From the IMG/VR virus record IMGVR_UViG_3300029318_000042, positions 1-34,951 of that record: a DNA stretch of 34,951 nucleotides, one strand, 5' to 3'. The stretch's first letter is position 1, and every line of letters begins with the position of its first letter. The DNA comes from a virus (lineage: Duplodnaviria > Caudoviricetes). Position numbers and translations under genes: made by a program. Shown here piece after piece: positions 1 through 8,627 of the stretch. A model generated the notes under the pieces. The model ran no database searches. It was not told where the DNA came from and saw only the letters and a list, made by a program, of their open reading frames with translations.

Positions 1-1622
1 TGCAACCTGCGGATAACGTCCAGCTGATCGCATGCGCTCATGTCGTCAGCGAACTGCGTGCCCTCAGGGAATGAGCAGGGGAAAGACACAACCACTGTAC
101 TGTGGTCTTCAGTCCCGTCAAAATTACGGACGTACTCTACGTGATACCCGTTGCTCCGAGCAACTCGTGCAAGCTCGCTATCTGTAGCCATTCGGATTCT
201 CCTAATGTAATATTGGGAGTATCCAGGGTGAGCCCCTGGTGTAACACCAGCAAGTAGAGACAGCGTTCCAGAGGGTTTAACTGTAGTAAGCTTAATGGAA
301 GGAGGGAAGCCATGTATCTCGGAGTACTCTTTGTCGTATGCGCGAAGATACGTATAAGCTTTGTCCAACCAAGACTTTTGTTCTTCGGAAGCTTGCAGAT
401 AACCAGTGACACCGATACCCATCCGCATGTTACGGTGGACGATGTCCTCGGTCTCCTTAATAGCACAGGGGATCGCAAGGCTATGCTTGTTCACCCTGTA
501 CAGGTAACGGAGAACCTTCCTCAACTCGTCGTAAGTCTCAATGTTCGGGAGGTACACCTCAGCAAGACAGCAAGTCTCGAAGTTCTCAAGGCTTTGTTCA
601 GCACAAGGATTGTAGCCCTGAACGTTTGGGTCGGGGTATTGTGTATCTCCAGTCCTGCCCATTCTACGAGAGGCTTTCAAGTTGATCAGCCCGTATGGCT
701 CACCATTACCCTTGTAACCTTCCCAGAAATCCTCAGGAAGCTTGGAGATGTCGTCACACACAACGGAGTTATTGGACATAGCTCTCCAGTTCGGAATGTT
801 TCCGAGGTCCCAACGCTTGGCACGCAGGAATTCGATGTCGTCGTAGTCACCCAGAGCAATCTGAGCAGACCTCCTGACGTTACCAGCCACCACAATCTTG
901 CCGATGATGTTCATGATGTCGAGGCAATCCACGCTAGACAGACGGCGACCAGCCTTGGCGTTCAGAATCTTGTTGATTTCCATCATACCCCAGACCAGGT
1001 CCTCGCTACCGCTTGCGGTGCCACCAAACCCCTTGATCTTCGCACCCTTAGGACGGATGAGATGAGTGGCAAACGTAAAGTCTTCACACGACCCATCTTG
1101 CCAAAAGTGAGATTCGATGACGCGCTCAAGAAGCTGAACCCAGCCTTCACGGGAATCAGGGACGATGAAGTCTGCATCGTTGACATCACTTCTTGTGATC
1201 TCAACCTTCTTGTTTCCGACCTTAGGGAGTTGATAGATGTTCTCTCTTTGGATATTGAATCCCACACCACTTCCGAGCATCAGCATCTCGAACGCCCAAG
1301 TAAACGGGCGGACAGGCTCGTCGATGACAACGAAAGAACAGTTTTGCAAGGACGGAAGTCCCAGCTTGTCTACGGTCTTGGTTCCAAGCTGCCACAGGAA
1401 TCGACCAGCTACGGTGCCTTTCAGGTCCAGCATGATGTTCCTCAGCTCTTCCTGATCGACTTCATTGAAGCCACAACCGAGCTGGTCGTTGCACGCTTTG
1501 ACTACGCGGTCAACCGTGTCGGGCCACTCTTCTGTCTTGCCGTCTTCGGTAGGTCTAGAGTACGTTCGCTTGAACGTGGGGTATCCTACCTCACCCCATG
1601 GAGTAAGTTTTTCTGTGCTCAT
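1..1622 (-). CDS. nrdJ: Ribonucleotide reductase, class II monomeric (B12-dependent RTPR type), 3' end truncated by window edge
   Basis: Not in ORF track (no stop inside window). Hand translation from ATG at 1622: MSTEKLTPWGEVGYPTFKRTYSR...AGRFLWQLG...LQNCSF...FEMLMLGSGVGF...IKGFGGTASG...VVAGNVRRSAQIALG...GYNPCAEQSL...ETCCLAE...MRMGIGVTG...TTVKPSGTLSLLAG; open to position 1. Confidence 0.95.
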   Translation of the reverse strand, partial: MSTEKLTPWGEVGYPTFKRTYSRPTEDGKTEEWPDTVDRVVKACNDQLGCGFNEVDQEELRNIMLDLKGTVAGRFLWQLGTKTVDKLGLPSLQNCSFVVIDEPVRPFTWAFEMLMLGSGVGFNIQRENIYQLPKVGNKKVEITRSDVNDADFIVPDSREGWVQLLERVIESHFWQDGSCEDFTFATHLIRPKGAKIKGFGGTASGSEDLVWGMMEINKILNAKAGRRLSSVDCLDIMNIIGKIVVAGNVRRSAQIALGDYDDIEFLRAKRWDLGNIPNWRAMSNNSVVCDDISKLPEDFWEGYKGNGEPYGLINLKASRRMGRTGDTQYPDPNVQGYNPCAEQSLENFETCCLAEVYLPNIETYDELRKVLRYLYRVNKHSLAIPCAIKETEDIVHRNMRMGIGVTGYLQASEEQKSWLDKAYTYLRAYDKEYSEIHGFPPSIKLTTVKPSGTLSLLAGVTPGAHPGYSQYYIRRIRMATDSELARVARSNGYHVEYVRNFDGTEDHSTVVVSFPCSFPEGTQFADDMSACDQLDVIRRL

Positions 1623-1651
1623 AATTTTTTTCGGAAAGGCCTACAAGATAC

Positions 1652-2152
1652 TCAGAATTTCTTGGAGTACGACCATACTCGGTACGTACTTAAAACCTTG
1701 AGATCGTGCAGGTTAAGTCTTGTGATTAGATCCTGGCGGTCCTTTCTGCGATACTTCTGTTTGTAGGCGTCCCTCTTATTGGCGACGATCGTTGCGTCCC
1801 TAAGTTCTTCCTCAGTGTAATGCAGGAGTTCCACCCGATCCACGATTGAGAATCCACCTTCCTCTGGCATATCGAAAGCGATTATCTTGGCGCCCCCATA
1901 TAACCATCCAGCATTCCCTTGTACGTTCTTCAACTCCACCCAGATCTCGTCGGGCAGGTTGTTGCCTTTTACATCCACACCCCAGCGACCCATTTTATTG
2001 TGGGCAAGCCAGTAGTCTACATGCTTATGTATGTCCTCAGTGTGTGAGGATTTCGTTACGTCCAGTCCTAACTCCTCTGCCGCTCTCACAAACCGAACCT
2101 CAGCTACCCTTCCCGTCGAGCCCGAATAGGCCCTCCGCTTTTGGCTCACCAT
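1652..2152 (-). CDS. PD-(D/E)XK-family nuclease-like protein
   Basis: E...VDYW...VDVK spacing typical of restriction-endonuclease fold; VELKNVQGNAGWLYG. Confidence 0.55.
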   Translation of the reverse strand: MVSQKRRAYSGSTGRVAEVRFVRAAEELGLDVTKSSHTEDIHKHVDYWLAHNKMGRWGVDVKGNNLPDEIWVELKNVQGNAGWLYGGAKIIAFDMPEEGGFSIVDRVELLHYTEEELRDATIVANKRDAYKQKYRRKDRQDLITRLNLHDLKVLSTYRVWSYSKKF

Positions 2153-2363
2153 GAGCTTCGTAAAATTGGTTAGAGGCTTCTCTCACGAGGTCGAGTTCGT
2201 AGTTAATCTGCTGTCTCACTTTCTGTGTCAGCTCCACTACGTACCCTGGGTGTCTCTTCGGGTCCCCCTCCCTGTTGAACAGGTCCTCGTAGAAGTTCGC
2301 TATCAGGCGGTGCATCCTTTCGGTTGCTACGCCGTAGCTTCTTCCCACGTCTTCTTTTGTCAT
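2100..2363 (-). CDS. Hypothetical protein (87 aa)
   Basis: Protein-like helical composition, co-oriented in the replication operon. Confidence 0.65.
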   Translation of the reverse strand: MTKEDVGRSYGVATERMHRLIANFYEDLFNREGDPKRHPGYVVELTQKVRQQINYELDLVREASNQFYEAHGEPKAEGLFGLDGKGS

Positions 2364-2814
2364 CTGGTATGTTGTCTTTGATTATACTTATAGCTTGTTC
2401 GACCTGCTGTCGATTTTTACAAATGAACAGCATGGGTAGCGGTTTTCCAAGTTCGGTTAAGTATTTCATAAACAACTTCCAACGCATTGGGAAGTCGTGG
2501 TGAGAATGAAGGAAACCCTTCGTCTCTATGATCCAGCTCTCGTCCTTCGCAACGAAGTCGGGCTTGTAACGTATCGGGAGTGCTATGCTGTCGCTCCGAT
2601 CGGTCATGTCTTTCTTCTTCGAGGTCATCTTCCAGTACACACCCTCGTATCGGAACTTGTCCATTAGCGTATACTCGTGCTCCTCATAGGAGAAAGGTAT
2701 CCCAGATTCAGCGAGAAGGTCAGCGCAAGTCTTTTCAAGACCGCTCTTATACCTTCCCAACTCCCTCTTCTTGGCAGACTTCCTCTTAGGAGTCTGTCCT
2801 CTTCTTCGCTTCAC
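2203..2814 (-). CDS. T7 endonuclease I-like Holliday junction resolvase
   Basis: YKSGLE...YE...YKPDF...IIETKG motifs; GTG start 4 nt downstream of a TAACTTTC -7-like element; C-terminal tail overlaps next ORF. Confidence 0.85.
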   Translation of the reverse strand: MKRRRGQTPKRKSAKKRELGRYKSGLEKTCADLLAESGIPFSYEEHEYTLMDKFRYEGVYWKMTSKKKDMTDRSDSIALPIRYKPDFVAKDESWIIETKGFLHSHHDFPMRWKLFMKYLTELGKPLPMLFICKNRQQVEQAISIIKDNIPDDKRRRGKKLRRSNRKDAPPDSELLRGPVQQGGGPEETPRVRSGADTESETAD

Positions 2815-2830
2815 ATGGGAAAGTTACAGC

Positions 2831-4636
2831 TTAAATCGATGCAAAGGTCTCATTTGGGGACATCTTAAAAGTTTTGTAGTTCTTGAACTCAGAACCAATA
2901 GGTTGAAACAGCTTCTCCTGTGTGTAATTCGACCTGAAGGCCGTCATAGAGCTGTCCATCGTAAAGGTTAAAGGCTCGTCAATCGACGTTGGGATACCAC
3001 CCGTCTCTACATCGCGAACTTTCCTGACATGAAGCTCGGTGGTTTTCTTGATGTTGTGATCGGGGGCCTGGACCTTGCGGTGTATCGTCAGGAAGCAGTC
3101 AGCTCGGTTGACGAACTTGCCACCGCCCTCAGTGTCCTCAGCATACGGGGCCACAGGCAAACCATCGTCACCCTTTCGGCGTTGAGCTTCGGTCACGGCG
3201 TGCATGTTGAGCCAGACGGCTACGTCATTGGCATTGGAGAACGTAAGGAACTCCGAGGCCGCTTGGTAATGGTAGTCATGGCTATTGCCTTGCCCGCTCA
3301 ACTCCAGCTTGAGGCTGTTGTAGGGGTCGACCAGAACTGCGTCGAACTTCTCCTGACGATAAATCTTCTCAAGGAAGATGATGATGTCGCTGTAGCTGTA
3401 CACCTGCTTGTTGCTGATGACCGTGAAGTGTTCGTTCACCCACTTGTACGCCTCCTTCCTCTGATCGTAGGTCATGTCCCCGATCTTGCGGTTGGTAGCG
3501 AATTGCATAAGCGTCATCTTCAGGGATGCTGTGCGGTTCTCCGATGAGTATACCACCCACTTCCAGTTGTGGCGGCGGGCAGCGTTTACCATCAAGTAGA
3601 GCATCATAGTCGTCTTGCCCACATTGCTGTGGCCGTTGATGATGACGAACTCACGCTTGTACCTGAAGTGCTCGTCCAGCTTCTCGTCACCCGTATCGAG
3701 TCCGACTTGAATGCGGCCATTGGCGTAGTCGTCAATCCACCTGAAGTCTTCGTCGTCAGAGGAGATGAAGGACATGTCCCCGTCACTGATTAGGAGCTCA
3801 CGCTGGGCGTTCTGCTCTGCACCGATGACATCCACCAGAGGGTCTTGCTTGCCTCGCTCCAATCCTTCTCGGATGGTTTTCTTGGCGTGGTCCTCAGAGT
3901 CGATGTCCCGCTTTGAGATCTCCCTGAACAAGATACGGACCGCCTCTTCTTCTTCGATCCTGCCAGCGGACACGAATCCACCCAGCAGTCGTGCGGCGTT
4001 CCTGAGTGCGGCGTGCTTTTCCCCGTCCTCCGCCTGACGAATCATGCGGCATGCGAGGTTGAGCTTCATGTAGTCCGTGAACTCACCAGCTTTGGCTTCT
4101 TGAACCTGTTCGCTACGCTCGGATGCAAATGCCCCGAACTTCTGTGCCCCAGGGTTGAGGATGAGGTCAGGGTCGTATGACTCGAAGCAAGCGCGAGACT
4201 CGTTGACACCAGACTCATCAACCTCAAGGTCGTACTGCTTGTGGAAGTAGTTCTTGAGCGCACGGAAGTGGTCGCGGTGCCGCTCAGGATTGGTTACCCG
4301 AACCAGCGCCTTGAGGCCGTCACCCGATGGAGAAACCCAACAGGAGTAGACGTGAGCGTCAGTAGCCAGTACCGCCTTGGATTTCTCAACGTCAATGTGA
4401 TCGAAGTCCAGTACAATGAGTCCGCTGTGGTCGAACAGGCCCTCATCACTGCGGTCCGCGAACTCCCCGCTAAAGCAGACAATCGGGAGCTTTTTCTTTG
4501 CATCCTTGTCGCCATCACGAACAGCTTCAATCGTGGTTTTCGACTGGCCCTCGCGTATCCTCCCAAGGGCAGTATGGATATCGACATGGTGTGGACTGTT
4601 CTTGTCGTATAGGTTCTGGAAGAACGTTACTTTCAT
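2831..4636 (-). CDS. Primase-helicase fusion (BT4734/VirE-N-like primase domain plus DnaB-like SF4 helicase)
   Basis: N-term KKKLPIVCFSGEF, SGLIVLDFDH, SPSGDGLK, RACFESYDP; C-term Walker A GHSNVGKT, Walker B VLVDPYN, VRKVR. Confidence 0.9.
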   Translation of the reverse strand: MKVTFFQNLYDKNSPHHVDIHTALGRIREGQSKTTIEAVRDGDKDAKKKLPIVCFSGEFADRSDEGLFDHSGLIVLDFDHIDVEKSKAVLATDAHVYSCWVSPSGDGLKALVRVTNPERHRDHFRALKNYFHKQYDLEVDESGVNESRACFESYDPDLILNPGAQKFGAFASERSEQVQEAKAGEFTDYMKLNLACRMIRQAEDGEKHAALRNAARLLGGFVSAGRIEEEEAVRILFREISKRDIDSEDHAKKTIREGLERGKQDPLVDVIGAEQNAQRELLISDGDMSFISSDDEDFRWIDDYANGRIQVGLDTGDEKLDEHFRYKREFVIINGHSNVGKTTMMLYLMVNAARRHNWKWVVYSSENRTASLKMTLMQFATNRKIGDMTYDQRKEAYKWVNEHFTVISNKQVYSYSDIIIFLEKIYRQEKFDAVLVDPYNSLKLELSGQGNSHDYHYQAASEFLTFSNANDVAVWLNMHAVTEAQRRKGDDGLPVAPYAEDTEGGGKFVNRADCFLTIHRKVQAPDHNIKKTTELHVRKVRDVETGGIPTSIDEPLTFTMDSSMTAFRSNYTQEKLFQPIGSEFKNYKTFKMSPNETFASI

Positions 4637-4811
4637 TGTATTCGTTTTCTAAAATGAGTTGGAGGTAATGGATGGCTTTCTTGATGTCGTCCGCCCCACC
4701 CTTTCTGGCATGACGACTAACGTACTTGACAACGTTACCTTCCATAAAGGAAAGTCCGTTGCGGTTGATGTATTCGATGGGTTCAATCTCCATCTTGTAG
4801 TGCTTGCTCAT
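4527..4811 (-). CDS. DUF3310-family protein (T7 gp1.7 nucleotide kinase/SaV-like)
   Basis: HY...IEPIEYI...F.EGNVVKYVSR...KGG.DDIKKA.HYL signature. Confidence 0.85.
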   Translation of the reverse strand: MSKHYKMEIEPIEYINRNGLSFMEGNVVKYVSRHARKGGADDIKKAIHYLQLILENEYNESNVLPEPIRQEQSTPCRYPYCPWEDTRGPVENHD

Positions 4812-5065
4812 ACTGCGTTGCTGTTTACGTATCCGTGAGTATTGATATCCCTGACACCCCTGATGATGACTCTCTTGTCACCCTTAAAGGTTTTGCCATA
4901 GCACTCTCGCTTTAACCTCTCCATTGTTCGGTGACACTTACCCATTAAGTCTGCTGGAGTATTGTATCTGGACACCGCCCAGGATTCTTTGCTGATCATA
5001 CTCTTGTTCTTCTTGTACGCTATGTCAAGAGTCATGGAGTATATCTGGGGCCTTGAGGTTTGCAT
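4808..5065 (-). CDS. Hypothetical protein (85 aa)
   Basis: ATGA coupling to the downstream DUF3310 gene. Confidence 0.65.
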   Translation of the reverse strand: MQTSRPQIYSMTLDIAYKKNKSMISKESWAVSRYNTPADLMGKCHRTMERLKRECYGKTFKGDKRVIIRGVRDINTHGYVNSNAV

Positions 5066-5342
5066 TCCACTTGCGCTTTAGTTTCTTGGATATCCATGTC
5101 ATGTCGACTCTGTTTGCTCGCTTTTCCCAGGTATCGGCTCTGGTCAAGATGACGCAGTTGTCGCCCTCCTTGTTGGGTATGAAGAGGAGCAGGAAGTCGG
5201 TGTCGAATTTAGGGATGGATACTGTGAAGTCCTTGTCATAGTTCTCCGCATGGACGTGAAAGGACATACGCCTTGTCCCTTTACATGCAGAGAAAGTTTG
5301 GGGGCTGAGAAACTCGATGTCTCTCAACCCCCACTCGATCAT
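5025..5342 (-). CDS. Hypothetical protein (start uncertain: 5342 or 5267)
   Basis: C-terminal part is protein-like; ORF-track start 5471 lies inside the SSB-like gene; 5299-5333 is a strong hairpin. Confidence 0.55.
   Translation of the reverse strand: MIEWGLRDIEFLSPQTFSACKGTRRMSFHVHAENYDKDFTVSIPKFDTDFLLLFIPNKEGDNCVILTRADTWEKRANRVDMTWISKKLKRKWNANLKAPDILHDS
5299..5333 (-). terminator. 15-bp stem-loop (terminator/attenuator or RNase III-type site) after SSB-like gene
   Basis: UGGGGGUUGAGAGAC-AUCGA-GUUUCUCAGCCCCCA pairs fully with G-U only on the minus strand; followed by AACUUUCU (weak U-tract). Confidence 0.5.
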
Positions 5343-5361
5343 GGCGTATAGCCCAAACCCC

Positions 5362-5667
5362 TTAGAAAGGAAGGTCATCTTGGGCCACTTGTTGGCTGGC
5401 GGCCTTGGCCTCGCGCTTCTCCTTAGCGGCTTCGCTGTTAGGGTTGAAGACACGGGCACAGGCCTTGCCATTCTTGCTCATGAAGAGGGTGAGGTAGACA
5501 TTGCCACCACGCCCTTCTTCGTCACGACGAGTTACGTACTGATCGAGCATGTCTTTCAGCTCGTTGTCTTTGAGACGCACGGACCATGCAATCAGTTCGT
5601 TGTTGTCGTTGTACTTGGGGTCGTCAGCCCAGCCGACGAGAACGGAGTCATACTTAGTATCGCTCAT
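5362..5667 (-). CDS. Putative single-stranded DNA-binding protein
   Basis: Acidic C-terminal DDLPF tail; next to exonuclease/SSAP; start corrected to MSDTKY after AT-rich leader. Confidence 0.65.
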   Translation of the reverse strand: MSDTKYDSVLVGWADDPKYNDNNELIAWSVRLKDNELKDMLDQYVTRRDEEGRGGNVYLTLFMSKNGKACARVFNPNSEAAKEKREAKAASQQVAQDDLPF

Positions 5668-5757
5668 AATAGTGTATTGATTAAAATTGAAAAAATTGAG
5701 ATTACGGTGGTGTAGATGAGTACCATGACGCCCCCTATCAGGAGCGGGGTACCCCAT

Positions 5758-6543
5758 TCAGACTTTAAATTCGAGATAGTCTTGGTAAGCTGGTTTAGAT
5801 CCATCTAGGAATTCAGTGATTTTGCCAATGGCATCGTTGAACTTCATCTCTCCAGCAAACAAAGTCTCTTCAGAGCATTCGATGATTGCAGGGAGATACG
5901 GTGCGGTCTTCTCTTGTGCAAGCCAGTAGAATTTATCTACACCGAAGACCTTAGTGTAGATGTACGCCTGGATGTCGTAACAGAAGTCACGGACGCTGTA
6001 TCGAAATTTGGATACAGACTTAGTAGACTTGGAGTCTACAATGAATCCGTCACCCAAGCAGTCAAGAAAGCCCTTGACCTTTACTGGCCCAATCATCTCG
6101 TTGAACTCAACTTGGTACTGTCCGCTTGAAAGGTACTTACCAGACAAACCAGAAAGGTCAAGCCTACTAATCATTGAGTTTGCTTGCTTCCAGTCGTCCT
6201 CTGAGCACACCTTCTTCCCTTGCTGTTCAAGCTCTAAAATAAGCTCAGCCTTAGCTTCCTTGTACTCGTTTGTGAGCTTGGGATTCTTAGCCAGCTTAGC
6301 CTTTTTGCACTTGTTTAGGATCTGATCGTGGGTCAGTGTAACGTATGTGTCCATGGCCTTTTCCCTTTCGAACAGAAGCATATCGTACATGGTGCCGAAC
6401 TCAAGTGCTGGAGACTCAAACTTCAGCTCCTTGTTCATGTACATGTCGAACTGAGCCATGTCGGTCAGAGCGACCTTGAGAGAGGAGTACGACAAGTGTG
6501 ACTTGCCGTACCTCTCTTCGAGGGCAGATGGGATGTCAATCAT
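5758..6543 (-). CDS. RecE/exonuclease VIII-like PD-(D/E)XK exonuclease (DUF3799-like)
   Basis: LSYSSLK, FGT, KGFLD...IVDSKST...YDIQAYIY...LAQEK. Confidence 0.85.
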   Translation of the reverse strand: MIDIPSALEERYGKSHLSYSSLKVALTDMAQFDMYMNKELKFESPALEFGTMYDMLLFEREKAMDTYVTLTHDQILNKCKKAKLAKNPKLTNEYKEAKAELILELEQQGKKVCSEDDWKQANSMISRLDLSGLSGKYLSSGQYQVEFNEMIGPVKVKGFLDCLGDGFIVDSKSTKSVSKFRYSVRDFCYDIQAYIYTKVFGVDKFYWLAQEKTAPYLPAIIECSEETLFAGEMKFNDAIGKITEFLDGSKPAYQDYLEFKV

Positions 6544-7085
6544 CGCACAAACTTTTTGAGTCCAGCCTTCTGCTTGTCGGTCAGCTGGTCACCATACTTG
6601 GTGATGATGCTGTCGAAAGCCTTCTGCTTGTCAACCGCGCCCTTGATGTAGGTTACGGCCTTGTCCATGATCGACGTCTCGTCCTTCTTGGACTTGGCTG
6701 TCGCCGCAGGCTTAGCGGGGGCTGAGTCCTGTTGAGCAATCGCATCTTGGACCTCATTCGCAGAAGCGATAGACACGTCAATACCGATACCAAGCATAGC
6801 CAAAGCACGACCTACGGCAGAGGTCTCGCAGTTCTCGACGTAGCTCGTCTTGTTGATGTTGCTTGCGGTCTTCACCTCGTGGGCATGTCCCACTGCAACG
6901 GTGTGTCCGTCTGCGTCGACGATGGAAGCGCGGCAAAGGCACTCGGCATCGGTGAGCATGGGAAACTCAGTATGGATGCCCCAGTTCTTGTACTGGTCTT
7001 CTTGACGAAAAAACTTGATACGCTCGTTGACTTCGACGTACTGCTTGCCACGGATGTTCGTGGTCTTGAACTTGTAGTTACTCAT
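6540..7085 (-). CDS. Single-strand annealing protein candidate (Rad52/Sak-like)
   Basis: GKQYVEVNERI, GHAHE, INKTSYVENCETSAVGRALAMLGIG...SIASANE; coupled (ATGA) to exonuclease. Confidence 0.7.
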   Translation of the reverse strand: MSNYKFKTTNIRGKQYVEVNERIKFFRQEDQYKNWGIHTEFPMLTDAECLCRASIVDADGHTVAVGHAHEVKTASNINKTSYVENCETSAVGRALAMLGIGIDVSIASANEVQDAIAQQDSAPAKPAATAKSKKDETSIMDKAVTYIKGAVDKQKAFDSIITKYGDQLTDKQKAGLKKFVR

Positions 7086-7504
7086 TTGTTTTCAGTTTGC
7101 GGGATTGGGATTGAGTCGAGTTCGTTGCGGAGGATAGCACACTCCTGTTCTAAAATGAAGATTTGATTTGTAAGATTTGCGAGGCGGTCGGCCTTGCTGG
7201 TTGCAGAAAGTCGATTGTCTACAATGAGCTTCGCTTTCTCATATAGGTCCTTATAGCCCTTCCAAAACGAAAGGTTGTCTTCATGATTGATGGTCATGTG
7301 AGCTACGGTCGATCGGTCTCTCTTGAGTACCTCTGCGACTTCCTGTTGATTGTCTGCCCATTGAGACAGGGCCACGCCAATGGCGTTCCTTGCCTTTACT
7401 TGGTCGGCACGTCGACTATCGTCGGGCACCATACCTATGGCAGAGTAGTAGGTTTCTACTGCTGAGTGCATTAGCAACCTTCGGTTATGTGGATTGAATT
7501 TCAT
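7082..7504 (-). CDS. DnaA C-terminal (domain IV)-like HTH protein
   Basis: SRRADQVKARNAI...EVAEVLKRDRSTVAH resembles DnaA AR..IG..F.RDHTTV.H; start corrected to MKFNPH after A/C-rich leader. Confidence 0.65.
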   Translation of the reverse strand: MKFNPHNRRLLMHSAVETYYSAIGMVPDDSRRADQVKARNAIGVALSQWADNQQEVAEVLKRDRSTVAHMTINHEDNLSFWKGYKDLYEKAKLIVDNRLSATSKADRLANLTNQIFILEQECAILRNELDSIPIPQTENK

Positions 7505-7622
7505 TTGGGATGTGAATTTAGTGTGTTCTTGTTTAATCCGCAAGGAAAAAGCGGACTTTGTTTCTTCGGGCCACTCACGGCCTGTCACGGGCTCTCCCCG
7601 CGCACCATACGCCCGCCCTGGG

Positions 7623-7964
7623 TCAGCGTTCTGACTCCGATTCCTTGGTGATTGCCTCGTGGATTGCGGCGTACTTAATCATGGAGAGCATAACAGACTC
7701 CATCTTGTCGCGCAGGTTGTGCATCTCGATCTTCACGCCACTGTCGTATCCGAAGATGTCGCAACGCTCGTCGATAAACTTCGATGCAATTTGATTGTTG
7801 TGCTCGATAAACTGGTAGAGGTGAGCCGCCGTAGGCACAGAGGCCCACAGCAACACATCATCTTCCAAGATGTCCTCGCAAGCGAAGACTTTAGCTACGA
7901 CATCCTCCTTGGTGTTTTCGGATGTCATCTCCGCTACAATGCGGATGGCTCGCTCATTGGTCAT
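7623..7964 (-). CDS. Hypothetical protein (113 aa)
   Basis: ORF track; codon usage like neighbours. Confidence 0.75.
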   Translation of the reverse strand: MTNERAIRIVAEMTSENTKEDVVAKVFACEDILEDDVLLWASVPTAAHLYQFIEHNNQIASKFIDERCDIFGYDSGVKIEMHNLRDKMESVMLSMIKYAAIHEAITKESESER

Positions 7965-8100
7965 GGGGTCGGTGGTGGATTAAGACGGGGTCGCCAGTAC
8001 CACGTTGGTCGGCAAAGTCCCAGTCGGGGGTTACACAAATTTCTCCAGTGCTGAGCTTGTATGCCCAGATGCACTCGTCTTGGGGGTCAATCACTATCAT
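7954..8100 (-). CDS. Small hypothetical protein (48 aa, MIVIDPQDECIWAYKL...)
   Basis: Hand-found; TGATG coupling to upstream gene. Confidence 0.6.
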   Translation of the reverse strand: MIVIDPQDECIWAYKLSTGEICVTPDWDFADQRGTGDPVLIHHRPHDQ

Positions 8101-8333
8101 CAGTTCTTGTTTTCGATTTTGTAGTATCTATCTGCGAGTTCGTGGCGCGGCATCTCTGACGACATGTACTGGTCCAGGAGCTTGGCCTTGTCCCTGTACT
8201 TGAGTAGTCTGTTTAGCTTAACGCGAGAGTATGCCTCGGCTGAGCGTTCTCTCTTCAGTTCCACTACAGTCTGTACCGCCATAGCGATAGCCGCCGCCGC
8301 AATGAAGAGGACTGCAATTAATGATGTATCCAT
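8100..8333 (-). CDS. Hypothetical protein with N-terminal hydrophobic helix
   Basis: SLIAVLFIAAAAIAMAV; coupled at both ends. Confidence 0.7.
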   Translation of the reverse strand: MDTSLIAVLFIAAAAIAMAVQTVVELKRERSAEAYSRVKLNRLLKYRDKAKLLDQYMSSEMPRHELADRYYKIENKN

Positions 8334-8452
8334 TACTTGATTGGTTTTCCGTATAGTTCGTCTTGTAATCTTTCAAACTTCTTCCTGATTAGGACGGAAG
8401 CCGAGTAGTTCTCTTGCTTGAGTTTGTTGATTGCCTCATCCGTGATGGACAT
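8333..8452 (-). CDS. Small hypothetical protein (39 aa, MSITDEAINKLKQEN...)
   Basis: Hand-found; TAATG coupling to downstream gene. Confidence 0.55.
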   Translation of the reverse strand: MSITDEAINKLKQENYSASVLIRKKFERLQDELYGKPIK

Positions 8453-8627
8453 TAGGCGGTGCAGTTGCATCGAGGTCATCTTGCATCTTGAGTTTAAGTT
8501 TCGCTTCGTAGCTGTTGACCATGGCTTCCAGCATGATTACATACCTGCGGTCGCCAGTCTCTTCGAGACGATCCGTCAGGTGTCCAATCATGGCAAGCAT
8601 GTCGTCGAGGTATTTATCGGTTATCAT
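8436..8627 (-). CDS. Hypothetical protein (63 aa, MITDKYLDD...)
   Basis: Real start inside ORF-track 8436..9005, whose N-terminal part is an alternate frame of the 229-aa gene. Confidence 0.65.
   Translation of the reverse strand: MITDKYLDDMLAMIGHLTDRLEETGDRRYVIMLEAMVNSYEAKLKLKMQDDLDATAPPNVHHG

Noticed and set aside
312-1766. 484-aa plus-strand ORF
   Set aside because: In-register antisense shadow of the RNR gene; no motifs, V/L/H-biased composition
7555-7600. Hammerhead-like TGACA-stem-CGAA arrangement
   Set aside because: Lacks the CUGANGA/GAAA core and a stem III with an NUH site
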